A stretch of 64,000 nucleotides of DNA, from the NCBI GenBank assembly GCA_016183235.1, contig JACPFA010000021.1:33596-97595 (forward strand), written 5' to 3'. A program made the translations under genes and the position numbers. Shown piece after piece: positions 28,101-37,900 of the stretch; position 1 is the first letter of the stretch, and each line of letters opens with the position of its first letter. The notes below the pieces were generated by a model. It did no database searches and had not been told where the DNA came from. It was given only the letters and a program-made list of their open reading frames with translations. Source of the stretch: Deltaproteobacteria bacterium. GTDB lineage: Bacteria > UBA10199 > DSSB01 > JACPFA01.

Positions 28101-28523
28101 AAAGATCCAGCCCACACCGGTGGCATCAGGGCCCAGGATGGGATTGACGCCTTCGGGTAGTCGATCAGTAATTTGGGTGAGATATTCTAAAACTCGCGAT
28201 CTAGCCCAATAAATGTCGGTGCCATCGTCAAAAATGACGTAAACAAAACTCATGCCAAACATCGATAGCCCACGGGTTACTTTGACCTTGGGGGCTGACA
28301 TAAGAGAAGAAACAACCGGGTAGGTGATTTGGTCTTCGATGAGATCGGGCGAGCGGCCCTTCCATTCGGTAAAGATAATCACTTGTGGTTCAGATAAATC
28401 CGGGATGGCATCCAAAGGGACTTTGCTAATCGCAAAGATGGCCCAAATAATGCAAAGTGCGACGATGAAAAATATGGTGCCAGGTCTTTTAAAACTAAAA
28501 TCAATTAATTTTGAAATGAGCAT
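25125..28523 (-). CDS. cusA: Heavy-metal efflux RND pump, CusA-like (HME-RND)
   Basis: 1132 aa. AIGALVDSAIVVIENAHKALEHW closely resembles the CusA motif AIGAMVDAAIVMIENAHK. 12-TM RND layout within a cusCBA-ordered operon. Confidence 0.9.
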   Translation of the reverse strand: MLISKLIDFSFKRPGTIFFIVALCIIWAIFAISKVPLDAIPDLSEPQVIIFTEWKGRSPDLIEDQITYPVVSSLMSAPKVKVTRGLSMFGMSFVYVIFDDGTDIYWARSRVLEYLTQITDRLPEGVNPILGPDATGVGWIFQYSLVDESGQNSIEDLRSFQDWKLRYLLKAIPGVAEVASVGGYVKEYQIQVNPMALAQYKLNLDEVMDKVRASNRDVGGRTLELSEREYFIRGLGYIKNIEDIENIPLKSNPTGDAVLIKHIGKVVKVPDIRRGAIDLNGRGEAVSAIVVMRYGNDAYSLIQKIKDTLKSVEPSLPKGSKIVITYDRSKVIGNSIRTLKTELWDEMIVVALVILVFLWHFRSSLIPIFILPISVLFSFIPMYYWGINSNIMSLGGIAIAIGALVDSAIVVIENAHKALEHWREQGEKGNLLDALLQAVKEVGTPIFFALLVMAVSFLPIFVLEGQEGKLFKPLALTKTFSLFFGAVLAATLAPALVRFFLNLPKPLKLKNPRASKIVNFFWTGTITSEENHPISARLFKIYTPALDWVLKRPFKIAIASLLIILTIIPFYAGIPLPLFNKIFPGLKKEFMPSLNEGDLLYMPTTLPGISIEKAKEWLQQQDKLILQFKEVATIFGKAGRAETPTDPAPLSMVETVIQLHPQEDWPEVYHERWYSNFAPNGVKIFLRPFWPEMKPRNWQELVKALQNTIQLPGTSNAWVFPIKTRIDMLTTGIRTPIGIKIYGDELNELEKIAVEIERVLLSNPEFKPITRSAIAERSLGGFYIDIKLKRDRLGAYGIGSIEEANSLIEGVLGAEPLTTTIEKRERYSVSLRYQPHFRSSFEQIKNALITSSNGSHIPLSEVADVNIVQGPAMIRNENGLLSSWVFVDLDEEVDMSAYAEKLDDFLRNSSLLPEGYTYKISGQFEHLKRAERRLWMVIPLTLLIIFLLLYTSNHSLIKTCIVLLAIPFSLVGAFGLLWLLGYKLSIAVWVGIIALGGVDAETGTVMLLYLDLAYKKFISTGKNPNSLELKKIIHDGAVKRIRPKLMTVGTTFMGLLPIMWAGSHETGADVTKRIAAPMVGGIFTSFAMELLVYPCLFYLWKTYTKEFERITIIGFSVLATALVIKSLMVMAS

Positions 28524-28531
28524 ATTTGTCT

Positions 28532-28608
28532 GTCATTGCGAGGAGTGTAACGACGAAGCAATCTCTTTCTTAGTGTGAGATCGCCACGCCCGTTGGGCTC
28601 GCGATGAC
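28532..28608. repeat. Palindromic element, family A, inside the cus operon
   Basis: GTCATTGCGAGGAGTGTAACGACGAAGCAATC...GGGCTCGCGATGAC fills the 92-nt cusB-cusA spacer. Confidence 0.75.
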
Positions 28609-28615
28609 AGTGTCT

Positions 28616-29647
28616 TTAATGTTGATGCGAGCTGCCGGTTCCCATTTTAATCTTGCTTTCGGAATCGATTAAAAAGGTTCCGTTGGTGACAATTATTTCG
28701 CCAGGTTCTAACCCTGAGATGATTTCGTAAAAACCATTAGCCTCTTGCCCCACTTCAACTTTTTTGGTGATGTAGTGATTCTCGTGTTTGACATAAACCA
28801 TATTGTGGTCGCCAAAGAACAGCACGGCCTCTTGGGGCACACTCAGCTTTTCCCCCAAAGGGATGAAGATTTTAAATTGCATAAAAGTATTGGATTTTAC
28901 GTGCAGCGATTCTTTGGCACGAATGAGCACCTTGAGTGATTTGGTTTCAGGGTCGAGCACCGTCGCGATTGATTCAATTTCGCCTTTTTGCAAGAGCTGA
29001 CCATCTTGATCTAAAATATTAACCGGTAACCCCACCTTGATAGCGTTGAAATCAGATTGATAAATATAGGCTTCAAATAGAGGGGGCTCTTTATCGTTAG
29101 GGAGGTGAAGGCCCAAATCGGCTTTACGCTTTTTTCTTAAATTTTTAATCCATTCGTCCGATAAGCCCATGAAGCGAAGCTTGGATTCTACCGATTGAAT
29201 CAAGGCAGGGTTGCCCAGTTTTAAGGCCTCCAGATATTCATTTTGAGCGACCCAGAGGGAAGGGTCGTGAGCGACCCTTCCATAGGTAAAGATGATTTTG
29301 TTTAACGGCCTCACCGTTACGGTATCGGTTTTAATTCCGATGTTTTGCACCAAAACAGGGTCGATTTCGATACCTTCATTCTTCGAAGTATCGCCTTCAT
29401 GTTGCTGCGTCGGTGCGGATTTCTTTTTGGGTTTTACAGGTACCAGGTCCATGCCACAAATGGGGCATTGGCCAGGGCCTGATTGATGGATCTGCGGGTG
29501 CATGGGGCAGGTCCAATATTCTTCGGCCTGCATTTCATGGTCATGTTTTGGCCCTTTGGTGTAGTGTTGATAGGCATAAAAGCCTATCGTGCCCACGAGA
29601 CCTGCTATGAGCAGTGCTAAAATAATCAACTTATTTTTCGGTTTCAT
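28616..29647 (-). CDS. cusB: Efflux RND periplasmic adaptor (CusB-like) with an N-terminal heavy-metal-binding domain
   Basis: 343 aa with a membrane anchor. YWTCPMHPQIHQSGPGQCPICGMDL is the CxxC-type metal-binding domain seen on CusB/CzcB adaptors. Followed by an MFP barrel-sandwich-like sequence. Confidence 0.8.
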   Translation of the reverse strand: MKPKNKLIILALLIAGLVGTIGFYAYQHYTKGPKHDHEMQAEEYWTCPMHPQIHQSGPGQCPICGMDLVPVKPKKKSAPTQQHEGDTSKNEGIEIDPVLVQNIGIKTDTVTVRPLNKIIFTYGRVAHDPSLWVAQNEYLEALKLGNPALIQSVESKLRFMGLSDEWIKNLRKKRKADLGLHLPNDKEPPLFEAYIYQSDFNAIKVGLPVNILDQDGQLLQKGEIESIATVLDPETKSLKVLIRAKESLHVKSNTFMQFKIFIPLGEKLSVPQEAVLFFGDHNMVYVKHENHYITKKVEVGQEANGFYEIISGLEPGEIIVTNGTFLIDSESKIKMGTGSSHQH

Positions 29648-29658
29648 GATTTGTTTCC

Positions 29659-30924
29659 TTATTCTGACTCACCTATCAGGAACAGGAGTTTAGCTCTGGC
29701 CCGGGCGTGATCGACTTCGGCTTGGAGCAGGTCATTTTCATAGCGGAATACTTTTTGCAGATTTAAGAGAATGTCTGTAAACTGCACCGAACCCGCTTGA
29801 TAAGCCACTTGGGCGTTGTCGACCGCGATCCTCGATTGCGGCAGCAGCCGCCCTGCAACTAAGCTATACACCTTAGCCGCGCGGGTGAGCTCAGCTAGGG
29901 TTTCCTCCAATTCATAACGCAAGTCATTTTCAGTTTTGGTTTTTTTGGCTAGGGTTTCTTGGTACTGGCTAGCGGTTTCGCGCACCCGTTTACTTTGCTT
30001 GGTACCGGCAAAGATGGGCAAAGGGATTTTAACTGCTGCCTTCATAAAATCTTCACCCATGCCGGGTTCTCGTTCCAACAAGTCAAATTTTCGATAAAAA
30101 ACACCCACGTCAAAATCGGGATAGTAATCGAGTTTGGCCATGCGATGTTCTTTTTTGGCAGCTTCGACCCATTGCTCATTGGCCTTGAGCACATAAGATT
30201 GCTGCAGCATGCGGTTCACCAGTTCAGCGTTGGAATAAGGCAACCTTGCCAGCCCCAGCCGCTTGGGCAAGTTAATGGGCGTGCGCACATCCCGTGCCAT
30301 CAGGGTGTTGAGTTTGGCCTGCAACATTTGTTTATCTTTTTGCAGGTCGAGAATTTCTTTGCTCAATTCATCCCGTTCGATTTGGGATCTTAACACATCC
30401 TGTTGCGTGGAAAGATCGGCCGACAATTTGGTTTGGTCGGTTTGTACGGCAGAGCTGGCCAAACCTTGATTGCGCTGAAAGATACCGATGCTTCGGGTCA
30501 CCAAGTAGAGTTGATAATAGGTGTCGCGGAGTTGCCAGATAATTTCATTGCGGGCTTGATCCAATTCATAACCATAGCCTTTGGCTTCAAGAGTGCTCTT
30601 GGCCTTGGCCGTTGATTTTTTTCCGGGGAAGGGGAATCGTTGTTCAATCCCAGCTTCGATCATGGTCATGGAGTTTTGCGGGGATCCATATTTGGCCAAC
30701 GGAATGTCTTCGACCATCACCATGAGCATGGGGTCATCCCAACTCCCAGCTTGGGGAATTTTATAATGAGCCGCATCGAGGCGATGCTTGGCCTCTTGCA
30801 ACATAGGATTTTGTTGCAAGGCCTGCTCAATTAATTTTTTTAAGTTGGGGTCGTCTTCAGCCTTCAGTTGAAAGGAGGCGAGTAAACATAACCCAATCCA
30901 CAAGAAAATTTTTGGATAACGCAT
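29659..30924 (-). CDS. cusC: TolC-family outer-membrane efflux protein (CusC-like)
   Basis: 421 aa with a signal peptide. Two coiled-coil-rich OEP repeats. First large gene of the cus operon. Confidence 0.75.
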   Translation of the reverse strand: MRYPKIFLWIGLCLLASFQLKAEDDPNLKKLIEQALQQNPMLQEAKHRLDAAHYKIPQAGSWDDPMLMVMVEDIPLAKYGSPQNSMTMIEAGIEQRFPFPGKKSTAKAKSTLEAKGYGYELDQARNEIIWQLRDTYYQLYLVTRSIGIFQRNQGLASSAVQTDQTKLSADLSTQQDVLRSQIERDELSKEILDLQKDKQMLQAKLNTLMARDVRTPINLPKRLGLARLPYSNAELVNRMLQQSYVLKANEQWVEAAKKEHRMAKLDYYPDFDVGVFYRKFDLLEREPGMGEDFMKAAVKIPLPIFAGTKQSKRVRETASQYQETLAKKTKTENDLRYELEETLAELTRAAKVYSLVAGRLLPQSRIAVDNAQVAYQAGSVQFTDILLNLQKVFRYENDLLQAEVDHARARAKLLFLIGESE

Positions 30925-30982
30925 AGAAAATTACCGTTTTAAAATGGTTTGCGAACCACTTTGCACTAGAGCGGTAATGATC

Positions 30983-31381
30983 TCAATTTAAAAAATGCTG
31001 ATGTTTTAAGAACAGATGAGGGCCTGGCGGCTGAAAGGCCAACCCGTTGCTTTTAAGCGAGGTTTCAGAAGAATTTAAAAATTCATTGGCGGCTAACATC
31101 AATGGGGTAGAAGTAAACAAATCATGATTCACAGTTTCTGGTTTTGTTAACAACAAGCCCACAGTTTTTGCGTCATGCCTACAACAGGTGGGGGTTTCTT
31201 TGGCTTGGGTTGGTGCAGAGGCTTGGCGATGGCAATGGGAACTTTCTTTGGCAACTGTTACAGCTCGAGCTTGGGGCGAGCGGCATAGCTCCTGGCATAG
31301 GCCCAAGAGGGGTAAGAGTACGACCAAGGCCAAGCCCAATATGATTGACTGTTTAGCTAGTTTTTGCGATCGTAGCCTCAT
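30983..31381 (-). CDS. Small membrane-anchored Cys/His-rich hypothetical protein upstream of cusC
   Basis: ORF with one hydrophobic helix ([16 protein letters not shown]) followed by CQELC, SSHCH and PTCCRHD. No good RBS, and the start (31381 or 31420) is uncertain. Confidence 0.3.
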   Translation of the reverse strand: MRLRSQKLAKQSIILGLALVVLLPLLGLCQELCRSPQARAVTVAKESSHCHRQASAPTQAKETPTCCRHDAKTVGLLLTKPETVNHDLFTSTPLMLAANEFLNSSETSLKSNGLAFQPPGPHLFLKHQHFLN

Positions 31382-31440
31382 ACTTTGTTCATTGTATATA
31401 CGTATTAAGAGAAATTTCAATCTTAATTTTTTTAGTATAT

Positions 31441-31522
31441 GTCATTGCGAACCCCCTTGGGGTGAAGCAATCCCACCGGTTGGGCAGAAGAGATTGCTTC
31501 ACCCTGCTGGGTTCGCAATGAC
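31441..31522. repeat. Palindromic element, family A
   Basis: GTCATTGCGAACCCCCTTGGGGTGAAGCAATC...GAGATTGCTTCACCCTGCTGGGTTCGCAATGAC, ending 16 nt before the acs ATG. Confidence 0.8.
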
Positions 31523-31538
31523 AGAGGTAGAGGCTTTT

Positions 31539-33521
31539 ATGCCAGACTCTCCCACTTTTATTGAATCGTTAGCTGCGGATGTACTTAAAGTCCCGCCACC
31601 TAAGGCCTTTGTTGAGCAGGCCAACCTAAAATCAAAGCGAGAATTTGAAACCCTCTATGTTCGTTCTTTAATGGAACCGCAGGCCTTTTGGTTAGAACAG
31701 GCCAAGCGATTAAACTGGAAAAAATTTCCTAGTCAAAGCCTTCGTTATGATTGGGATGTGGCTAAGGGCAAGCTTTCGCAGCAGTGGTTTGAAGATGGCA
31801 CCTTGAATGTAGCCTCTAATTGTTTAGATCGTCATCTGCCGGTGCGGGCAAATAAAATTGCCATCTTGTGGCAGGGGGAACGTGACGAAGAGGTGCGCAA
31901 AATCACCTACGGTGAATTAACTCAAGCCGTCTGCCAATTGGCGAATGTTTTAACTGCACAAGGTATACAAAAGGGCGATCGAGTTTGTATTTACCTCCCT
32001 ATGATTCCAGAAGCTGCGATCGCCATGCTCGCTTGCGCGCGGATTGGCGCCATTCATTCCGTGGTCTTTGGGGGATTTTCGGCGCAAGCGCTGCAACATC
32101 GCATTCAAGATGCTCAATGCAAATTGTTGATCACGGCCGATGTAGGCTATCGGGGTGGCAAAGAAATTCCCCTTAAAAAAATTGCAGATGAAGCCTTGCG
32201 AGGCTGTCCTTCGATCGAAAAGGTGATCGTGGTAAAAAGAGGCATAGGCGAATGTAATTTAAATAGTACGCGTGAGTTGTGGTGGCACGAACTGATAGAA
32301 AAAAGTTCAACGAGTCACCAAGCGCTGCCCTTTGAAGCCGAACAACCCTTATTTATTCTTTACACCTCCGGTTCTACGGGCAAGCCTAAAGGCGTGTTGC
32401 ACACCAGTGCCGGTTATTTGCTGTTTGCCAACTTAACTCACGATTATATTTTTGATCACCATGAAAATGATTTGTTCTGGTGCACGGCCGATGTGGGCTG
32501 GGTGACCGGCCATTCTTATTTAGTTTATGGGCCGCTTTCGAATGGGGCGACGGTGCTGATGTTTGAAGGCATTCCCACTTATCCCGATGCGGGTCGGTTT
32601 TGGCAGGTGATTCAAAAACATAAGGTGACGGTTTTTTATACCGCGCCCACAGCCATTCGCGCCTTGATGCGTGAAGGCGAGCATTGGCCTGCGCAATACG
32701 ATTTAAGTTCATTACGTTTGTTAGGTAGCGTGGGGGAACCGATTAATCCCCAGGCCTGGGTTTGGTATCATGAACATATTGGTAAAAAGCGTTGCCCCAT
32801 TGTCGACACCTGGTGGCAAACCGAAACGGGTGGGATTTTGATCAGCCCGCTTCCCGGCGTGCATACTTTAAAAGCGGGCAGTGCAGGGCACCCGTTCTTT
32901 GGCATTGAACCGGTGATTTTGCGCGATGATGGTTTGGAGTGTGAAGCGGGCGAGGGAGGTAAGTTGTGTATTAAAAAACCGTGGCCCGGTATGGCGCGCA
33001 CCATGTGGGGCGATCATGAACGGTTTATTCAAACTTATTTTACGACTTATAAAAATTTATATTTTACCGGTGATGGTTGTAAAATTGATGAAGATGGCGA
33101 TTATTGGTTGATGGGACGCATTGATGATGTGGTGAACATTTCTGGCCATCGCTTGGGAACCGCTGAGGTGGAAAGTGCTCTCGTGGGGCATGATTTGGTG
33201 GCCGAGGCTGCGGTGGTACCCATGCCGCATCCTATCAAAGGGCAATCCATTTATGCCTTTGTAACACCGGTCGAAGGCCAAACCCCAACCGATGAATTGC
33301 GCAAAAAATTGATCCAACATATTCGTAACAGCATTGGCCCCATTGCCGTGCCGGAGGTCATTCAGTTTGCCGATAGCTTACCCAAAACCCGTAGCGGTAA
33401 AATCATGCGCCGCATTTTACGAAAAATTGTAGAAGGGGATTTAGAACATTTGGGGGATGTGTCAACTTTGGCCGATCCTACGGTAGTGGAAAAATTAATA
33501 AAGGCCAAAGGCCCTTCTTAA
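31539..33521 (+). CDS. acs: Acetyl-CoA synthetase
   Basis: [14 protein letters not shown]-binding motif and WWQTETGG, with a full-length match to the Acs layout. Start set to MPDSPTF (660 aa). The upstream 117 codons of the track ORF are repeat and antisense sequence. Confidence 0.9.
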   Translation: MPDSPTFIESLAADVLKVPPPKAFVEQANLKSKREFETLYVRSLMEPQAFWLEQAKRLNWKKFPSQSLRYDWDVAKGKLSQQWFEDGTLNVASNCLDRHLPVRANKIAILWQGERDEEVRKITYGELTQAVCQLANVLTAQGIQKGDRVCIYLPMIPEAAIAMLACARIGAIHSVVFGGFSAQALQHRIQDAQCKLLITADVGYRGGKEIPLKKIADEALRGCPSIEKVIVVKRGIGECNLNSTRELWWHELIEKSSTSHQALPFEAEQPLFILYTSGSTGKPKGVLHTSAGYLLFANLTHDYIFDHHENDLFWCTADVGWVTGHSYLVYGPLSNGATVLMFEGIPTYPDAGRFWQVIQKHKVTVFYTAPTAIRALMREGEHWPAQYDLSSLRLLGSVGEPINPQAWVWYHEHIGKKRCPIVDTWWQTETGGILISPLPGVHTLKAGSAGHPFFGIEPVILRDDGLECEAGEGGKLCIKKPWPGMARTMWGDHERFIQTYFTTYKNLYFTGDGCKIDEDGDYWLMGRIDDVVNISGHRLGTAEVESALVGHDLVAEAAVVPMPHPIKGQSIYAFVTPVEGQTPTDELRKKLIQHIRNSIGPIAVPEVIQFADSLPKTRSGKIMRRILRKIVEGDLEHLGDVSTLADPTVVEKLIKAKGPS

Positions 33522-34190
33522 TTTATAATAGTGCAGCGCAGCCTTCCATGCTGTTGCTTCGTAACTTAGTTTAGGAGTTCCTGGGGGAATGACTTGTTCA
33601 AACTTAGGATGTAGGTAAGGAGAATCAGACAAGAAATATTTTACGTCAGTGAAAAGATGAAAATCGAATAAGCTCAATGTTGCATCCCTGACATTAGCTC
33701 CAACAAAATCATCAGGCGAATTGATTAACCAAGCCCCTGGGCCCATGTAACGATTTTCAAGAATACTTAAGTAATTCAGCAAAGGATGAACAATATGAAG
33801 TTTGTTGGTAAGATCGGTAATGTAAGTATGATCACAGACCGAAGTTTTTAGGTAAGCCCGTGGGATGGGTGCATATTCGTCATTTTTATTCTTGCCAATG
33901 GCATAGGTCCACATCAGAGAAAATTGGGGTTGATAAGAGGATAAACCCTCCTTTAGCCAGTAGTATGCAGTAGAGGCTGCGGCAGCGCTTGTGGAATAAG
34001 GAAAGGCTCTAATCCAACTGTCGGTTGCATAAGGTGGTGAAGAATTATAAAGTTGAAGTAATTGATTAGCGATTTGAGCGGGGTTGAAACTTTCGCAAGG
34101 AGAAGCTTGTGGTGAAGGACCTGTTTCGTGAGGAGGAGTGATTGTGCTAGTTATACTTACCGAAGCTGAGGCCGGAACGGGAGGACTCAT
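33495..34190 (-). CDS. Hypothetical protein
   Basis: 231-aa ORF with a Ser/Thr/Pro-rich N-terminus. No recognisable motif. Its 3' end overlaps the acs 3' end by 27 nt (convergent). Confidence 0.4.
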   Translation of the reverse strand: MSPPVPASASVSITSTITPPHETGPSPQASPCESFNPAQIANQLLQLYNSSPPYATDSWIRAFPYSTSAAAASTAYYWLKEGLSSYQPQFSLMWTYAIGKNKNDEYAPIPRAYLKTSVCDHTYITDLTNKLHIVHPLLNYLSILENRYMGPGAWLINSPDDFVGANVRDATLSLFDFHLFTDVKYFLSDSPYLHPKFEQVIPPGTPKLSYEATAWKAALHYYKLRRAFGLY

Positions 34191-34334
34191 TTTTAAACCC
34201 CTTCTACCCCCAGCTTTTCTACTCCTCTGATTATCGTCATTTATTGAAGAGAGTTGTGATTTTTTTTAATTGAGTTGTTGCGGCTAAAATCTTACAATAA
34301 AGCGTCAATCAAGGGTAGTTGGGTTTAAAATTCC

Positions 34335-34736
34335 ATGCAAGAATTTGAATACCGCAAAATTGGTTTAGAGCAAGATTTAAATTGGGCCATGTGGTGCCAC
34401 TTGAGTGCGTTGTTGGCCTGTTGGATTCCCATGGCCCAATTTTTGGGACCCTTTATTATTTGGCTCACTCGCCATAAAGATTCACTATTGGTTGACGAAC
34501 ATGGCAAGGCGGCCATGAATTACAATCTTTCTATTATCGTTTATACGATTTTATTTATTTTATTAATTTTCTTTATTCGCAACGATTGGGTGCGGATTAT
34601 TTTGGGGAGTGTTTATTTGCTTTGGATCTTGGCTTCGCCCATCTTTATCATTATGGCGGCCTGCCGGGCCAAGAAGGGTAAGAGCTTTGTGTATCCCCTT
34701 TCCATCGAATTTTTCAAACCCCGGCCTAAATACTAA
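34335..34736 (+). CDS. DUF4870-like small membrane protein
   Basis: 133 aa. WAMWCHLSALL...GPFIIWLTRHKDSLLVDEHGKAAMNYNLS matches the DUF4870 pattern (3-4 TM). Confidence 0.6.
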   Translation: MQEFEYRKIGLEQDLNWAMWCHLSALLACWIPMAQFLGPFIIWLTRHKDSLLVDEHGKAAMNYNLSIIVYTILFILLIFFIRNDWVRIILGSVYLLWILASPIFIIMAACRAKKGKSFVYPLSIEFFKPRPKY

Positions 34737-34862
34737 ACCTCCCTACCTCATCAAAGACGTCTTTTAGGGGTAAATTGGGGTTTTTTGTCCCCAAACTCAA
34801 GAGATATGCCTGAACGACTCACGAAAAGGTCAATGATTACAAAGTAGTAAATAGTCAAGTTG

Positions 34863-34878
34863 TGGCATAATTTCTGCA
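34863..34878 (+). promoter_or_regulatory. Possible sigma-54 promoter upstream of the giant ORF
   Basis: TGGCAT-AATTT-CTGCA has GG and GC at the canonical -24/-12 spacing. It lies 43 nt upstream of ATG 34921, which is preceded by GGGGGAAT. Confidence 0.35.
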
Positions 34879-34920
34879 CGCTCAAGTTGGACTGGGTAGA
34901 ATGGTACTAATTGGGGGAAT

Positions 34921-37900
34921 ATGGTTTTACCTGTAGGGTTAGCATTACTAGGGGCAGTTCTTTTTGAAGAAGATTGGGTCGACGAGGCATCTCTTCATCA
35001 ACCTTTCGCTCATGGATCTTCTGATTTTCCTAAGAACATCATCGATGAATTTAAAAAGGTGACCGATGGATTTTCTCATTTGGCATTTCAGGTGCCTTGG
35101 TTTGCGAGAGAATTTTTTTCTGTGGCCTCGGTTACGGCGGATTATCTTCTTACGGATGCTTTGTTAGAAGAGGCACTCAATTTGGTTGAAGAGCACCATC
35201 TTGATGCAGAAATGGGGATGGTGGTTCGAGAAAGGGTTTTTGAATTATCGGAACAAAATAAAAACAGCAATGAAGAAGTTAAACTTAAGTCAGAACTGTT
35301 ATTGGGGCAACTGTATTTGTGGATTGAGGTCAATCAACTAAAATTTGCCGAGCCCGATAGGAAGAGGCCTGCTGGCCATGAATATACTCATTCAAAATTA
35401 GTCGATGGCGTGCGAGGTAAAATTCTTTTGTCCCTGCGGTTGAAAGATTCAGCGTTATATCACGAAGCCCAGCGTAAATTTTTCATCTTAAAAGAATTGG
35501 CCGATCATTTAGAACGCAAGGTTGAGCTGGCCCATGCCCACCGGATGATGGCGGCTTTGCCCGTGAAGCATGGTTTAGAACCTGTGCAAGGAGATTATCA
35601 TTGCGAAGAAAATTGTGATCGAGCCAAAACACCTTACGCTTATTTAAATGGTGAGGCCTACAGCCAAGTTTATCAGCGGATGACCGTTGGGAGAAAGTCC
35701 GATTTTGACAAGGGTTTGCGTGTTTTGTTTGGCAAACATGGGCAGGGTGTTTTGGATGGTGAGTATGCAGGGGGTTGGGAGGATTTTTTAGCGAAGCTGC
35801 AAGGGGAGGATTACGAGGGGGTGCTGCGTTTTATTGAAGAAGAAACAGCCATTCTCCAACAGGCCGACTTCAAGACCTTCTTTGAATTTGTGGAGAAGGC
35901 TAGTTTAGATCCTGCTACCGAGAGAGTTTTGGATAATCGCAAGGCCATCGATGAATTGAGCCGTGAAATGAAAGCAGGGCAAGGATTATGGGTCTTGCTT
36001 AAGACCTTAGAGAAGGATTCACAGCCGAGCCGTGCCGAAAGAGATGCGATTTTAAGTGCCGTGGTTGAGGAATTAAGGGCCGAGAAGACCAAGTTATGGG
36101 AGGAGGCAGGGAAACTTGGTTTAAGCCCTCGGGAAGAGGAATATTTAAGAAGGTTGGGGGAAACCCAAGACATCCAACATGCAACCGGGATGATGGAAGA
36201 GAGCGCAGAGCGATATAATAACGAAGATCGGGTGGGATCCTATGCTGATGAGGAGGGCAATTGTAGTGATCCAGCAGGTTGTTTGGAACCATCGAGCAAA
36301 TATTTTCATGAAGTAGGTGATGGATATGCGGTTCAATTAAAAGAACAATGGGAACGGTTTGAAGAAAAATATAAAGGGGTTAGTGATTATGTGGATGTGG
36401 CCGATGAGATTCGTGGTTTAATCCTTACGCAGCAGAAGATTCAAATTTTGCATTTGAAGATGCGGGTGACCCGAGAACTAGAGGTAGTGGGTTTAAGCCA
36501 AGTAGAGCGTGAGCAGGTGGATGAGCTTTTTGAGAAGCTTAATAAACAAGGGACTGATCTTACGCAAGAAAAGGTTGAGACTTTACTCAAGCCTATCCGC
36601 GAACAAATTGAACGCAAGGCCTTAGCCAACGTTATTGAATCCGAACTTCGCGTGACTCAGGCCATGGCTCAAAAATTATTTGCGTCACACCGCGACATTG
36701 CAGGTTTTCCAGAGCTAGTGATCAATTATGAAAGGGCCTTAAGGTTATATCAAGGAGATGAGTACGAAAAGGCCCGGGCTTTATTTTTGGAATGTTACCA
36801 CAGCCCATTGCGGGCCACACTAGGAGAAGAGTTTGCCGAGATTGTTGCCAAGGAAAGGGAAGAAAACGAAGTTAGTTTTTGGATAAGCCTTGCTATCGTG
36901 ATTGCAGCGACCATGATTGCGACGGTGTTGACGGATGGGGCTGCCACGGTTTGGACATTGAGTGTTACCAGCCGATTTTTACTCAATGGGACCCTTTGGT
37001 ACTTTAGCCATGAGGCCTTGGGGATGGGATACGCTGTGCTGCAAGGCCGCGAGATTCCTACCAAGGGCTTGATGGAGCATGGGCGTGATTTAGTGCTTAC
37101 GTTAGGGATGTTTGGTGCGATTGCCCGAGGGATGAAATCTTTTCTTGATTCTGTCAAAGGCCAGTTAGCCGCGCGGTTTTTGCAAAGAACCGGGCGTGAG
37201 CTTACTGAGTTAGAATTAGAGGCCGAATTTAAGCAATGGTTAGCAGGTTCAACGCTGTGGAATAAAATTAAGTTTCATGTCCGCATGTTTGGCGCGGAGT
37301 TCAAATATTTTACGGGATGGAATTTGTTAGAAGGGAATATTCGCTTAGCTTTGAAAGAAGAGTTTGATCCCTTGGGGGTGTTGATTGAGAATTTAAGCCC
37401 CGAGAGTTTAGGGCAGCAGGCTTTGTTTTTATTGGGTTTGAAGGTAGGCAATTTTGCAGCCAAGCCTGTAACAAAATTCGCCAATGCCCAAATCGAAAAA
37501 GGTATTTTGGGAGAAGAGACCTATCGGGCCTTAAAGGTTAATGAGGCCGAGGCCGAACAACTTCAAAAAGAATTGATGCAATATTTAGCGGAAGTCGAAT
37601 TGGGTAAAGCCTCTTTTGAACCCCAAGACCGGGTTAAGTTTTTTGTTCGATATTTAGAGTTATTGACGGAACGTGCCAGGATCATCGGTTCTGTGCGCAA
37701 TGAGTATCGCCATGAAGGGGCATTAGAAGATGTGGCAGTGGAGAGGGAGCAGACCGAACAATTAGCGGCGGCTGGCCAAGTGAGCATGCAACGAACGGGT
37801 GAATTTACCTTTGTGGTGGATGAAAATACGATCAAGCAATTGAGGGTGATGGGTGTTTCATTGACTGAATTAAAACCAGGGGTTTATTCCCTCGAAGTCG

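Noticed and set aside
25125-31420. Numerous plus-strand ORFs overlapping cusA, cusB and cusC, and minus-strand ORFs within them (for example 26947-27375 and 29959-30393)
   Set aside because: They lie on the opposite strand or are out of frame within strongly supported efflux genes. These are typical shadow ORFs.
31188-31538. N-terminal 117 codons of the 777-aa acs track ORF
   Set aside because: This part is antisense to the small cus-upstream ORF and reads through a family-A repeat. Acs homology starts at MPDSPTF, so the extension is treated as an artefact.
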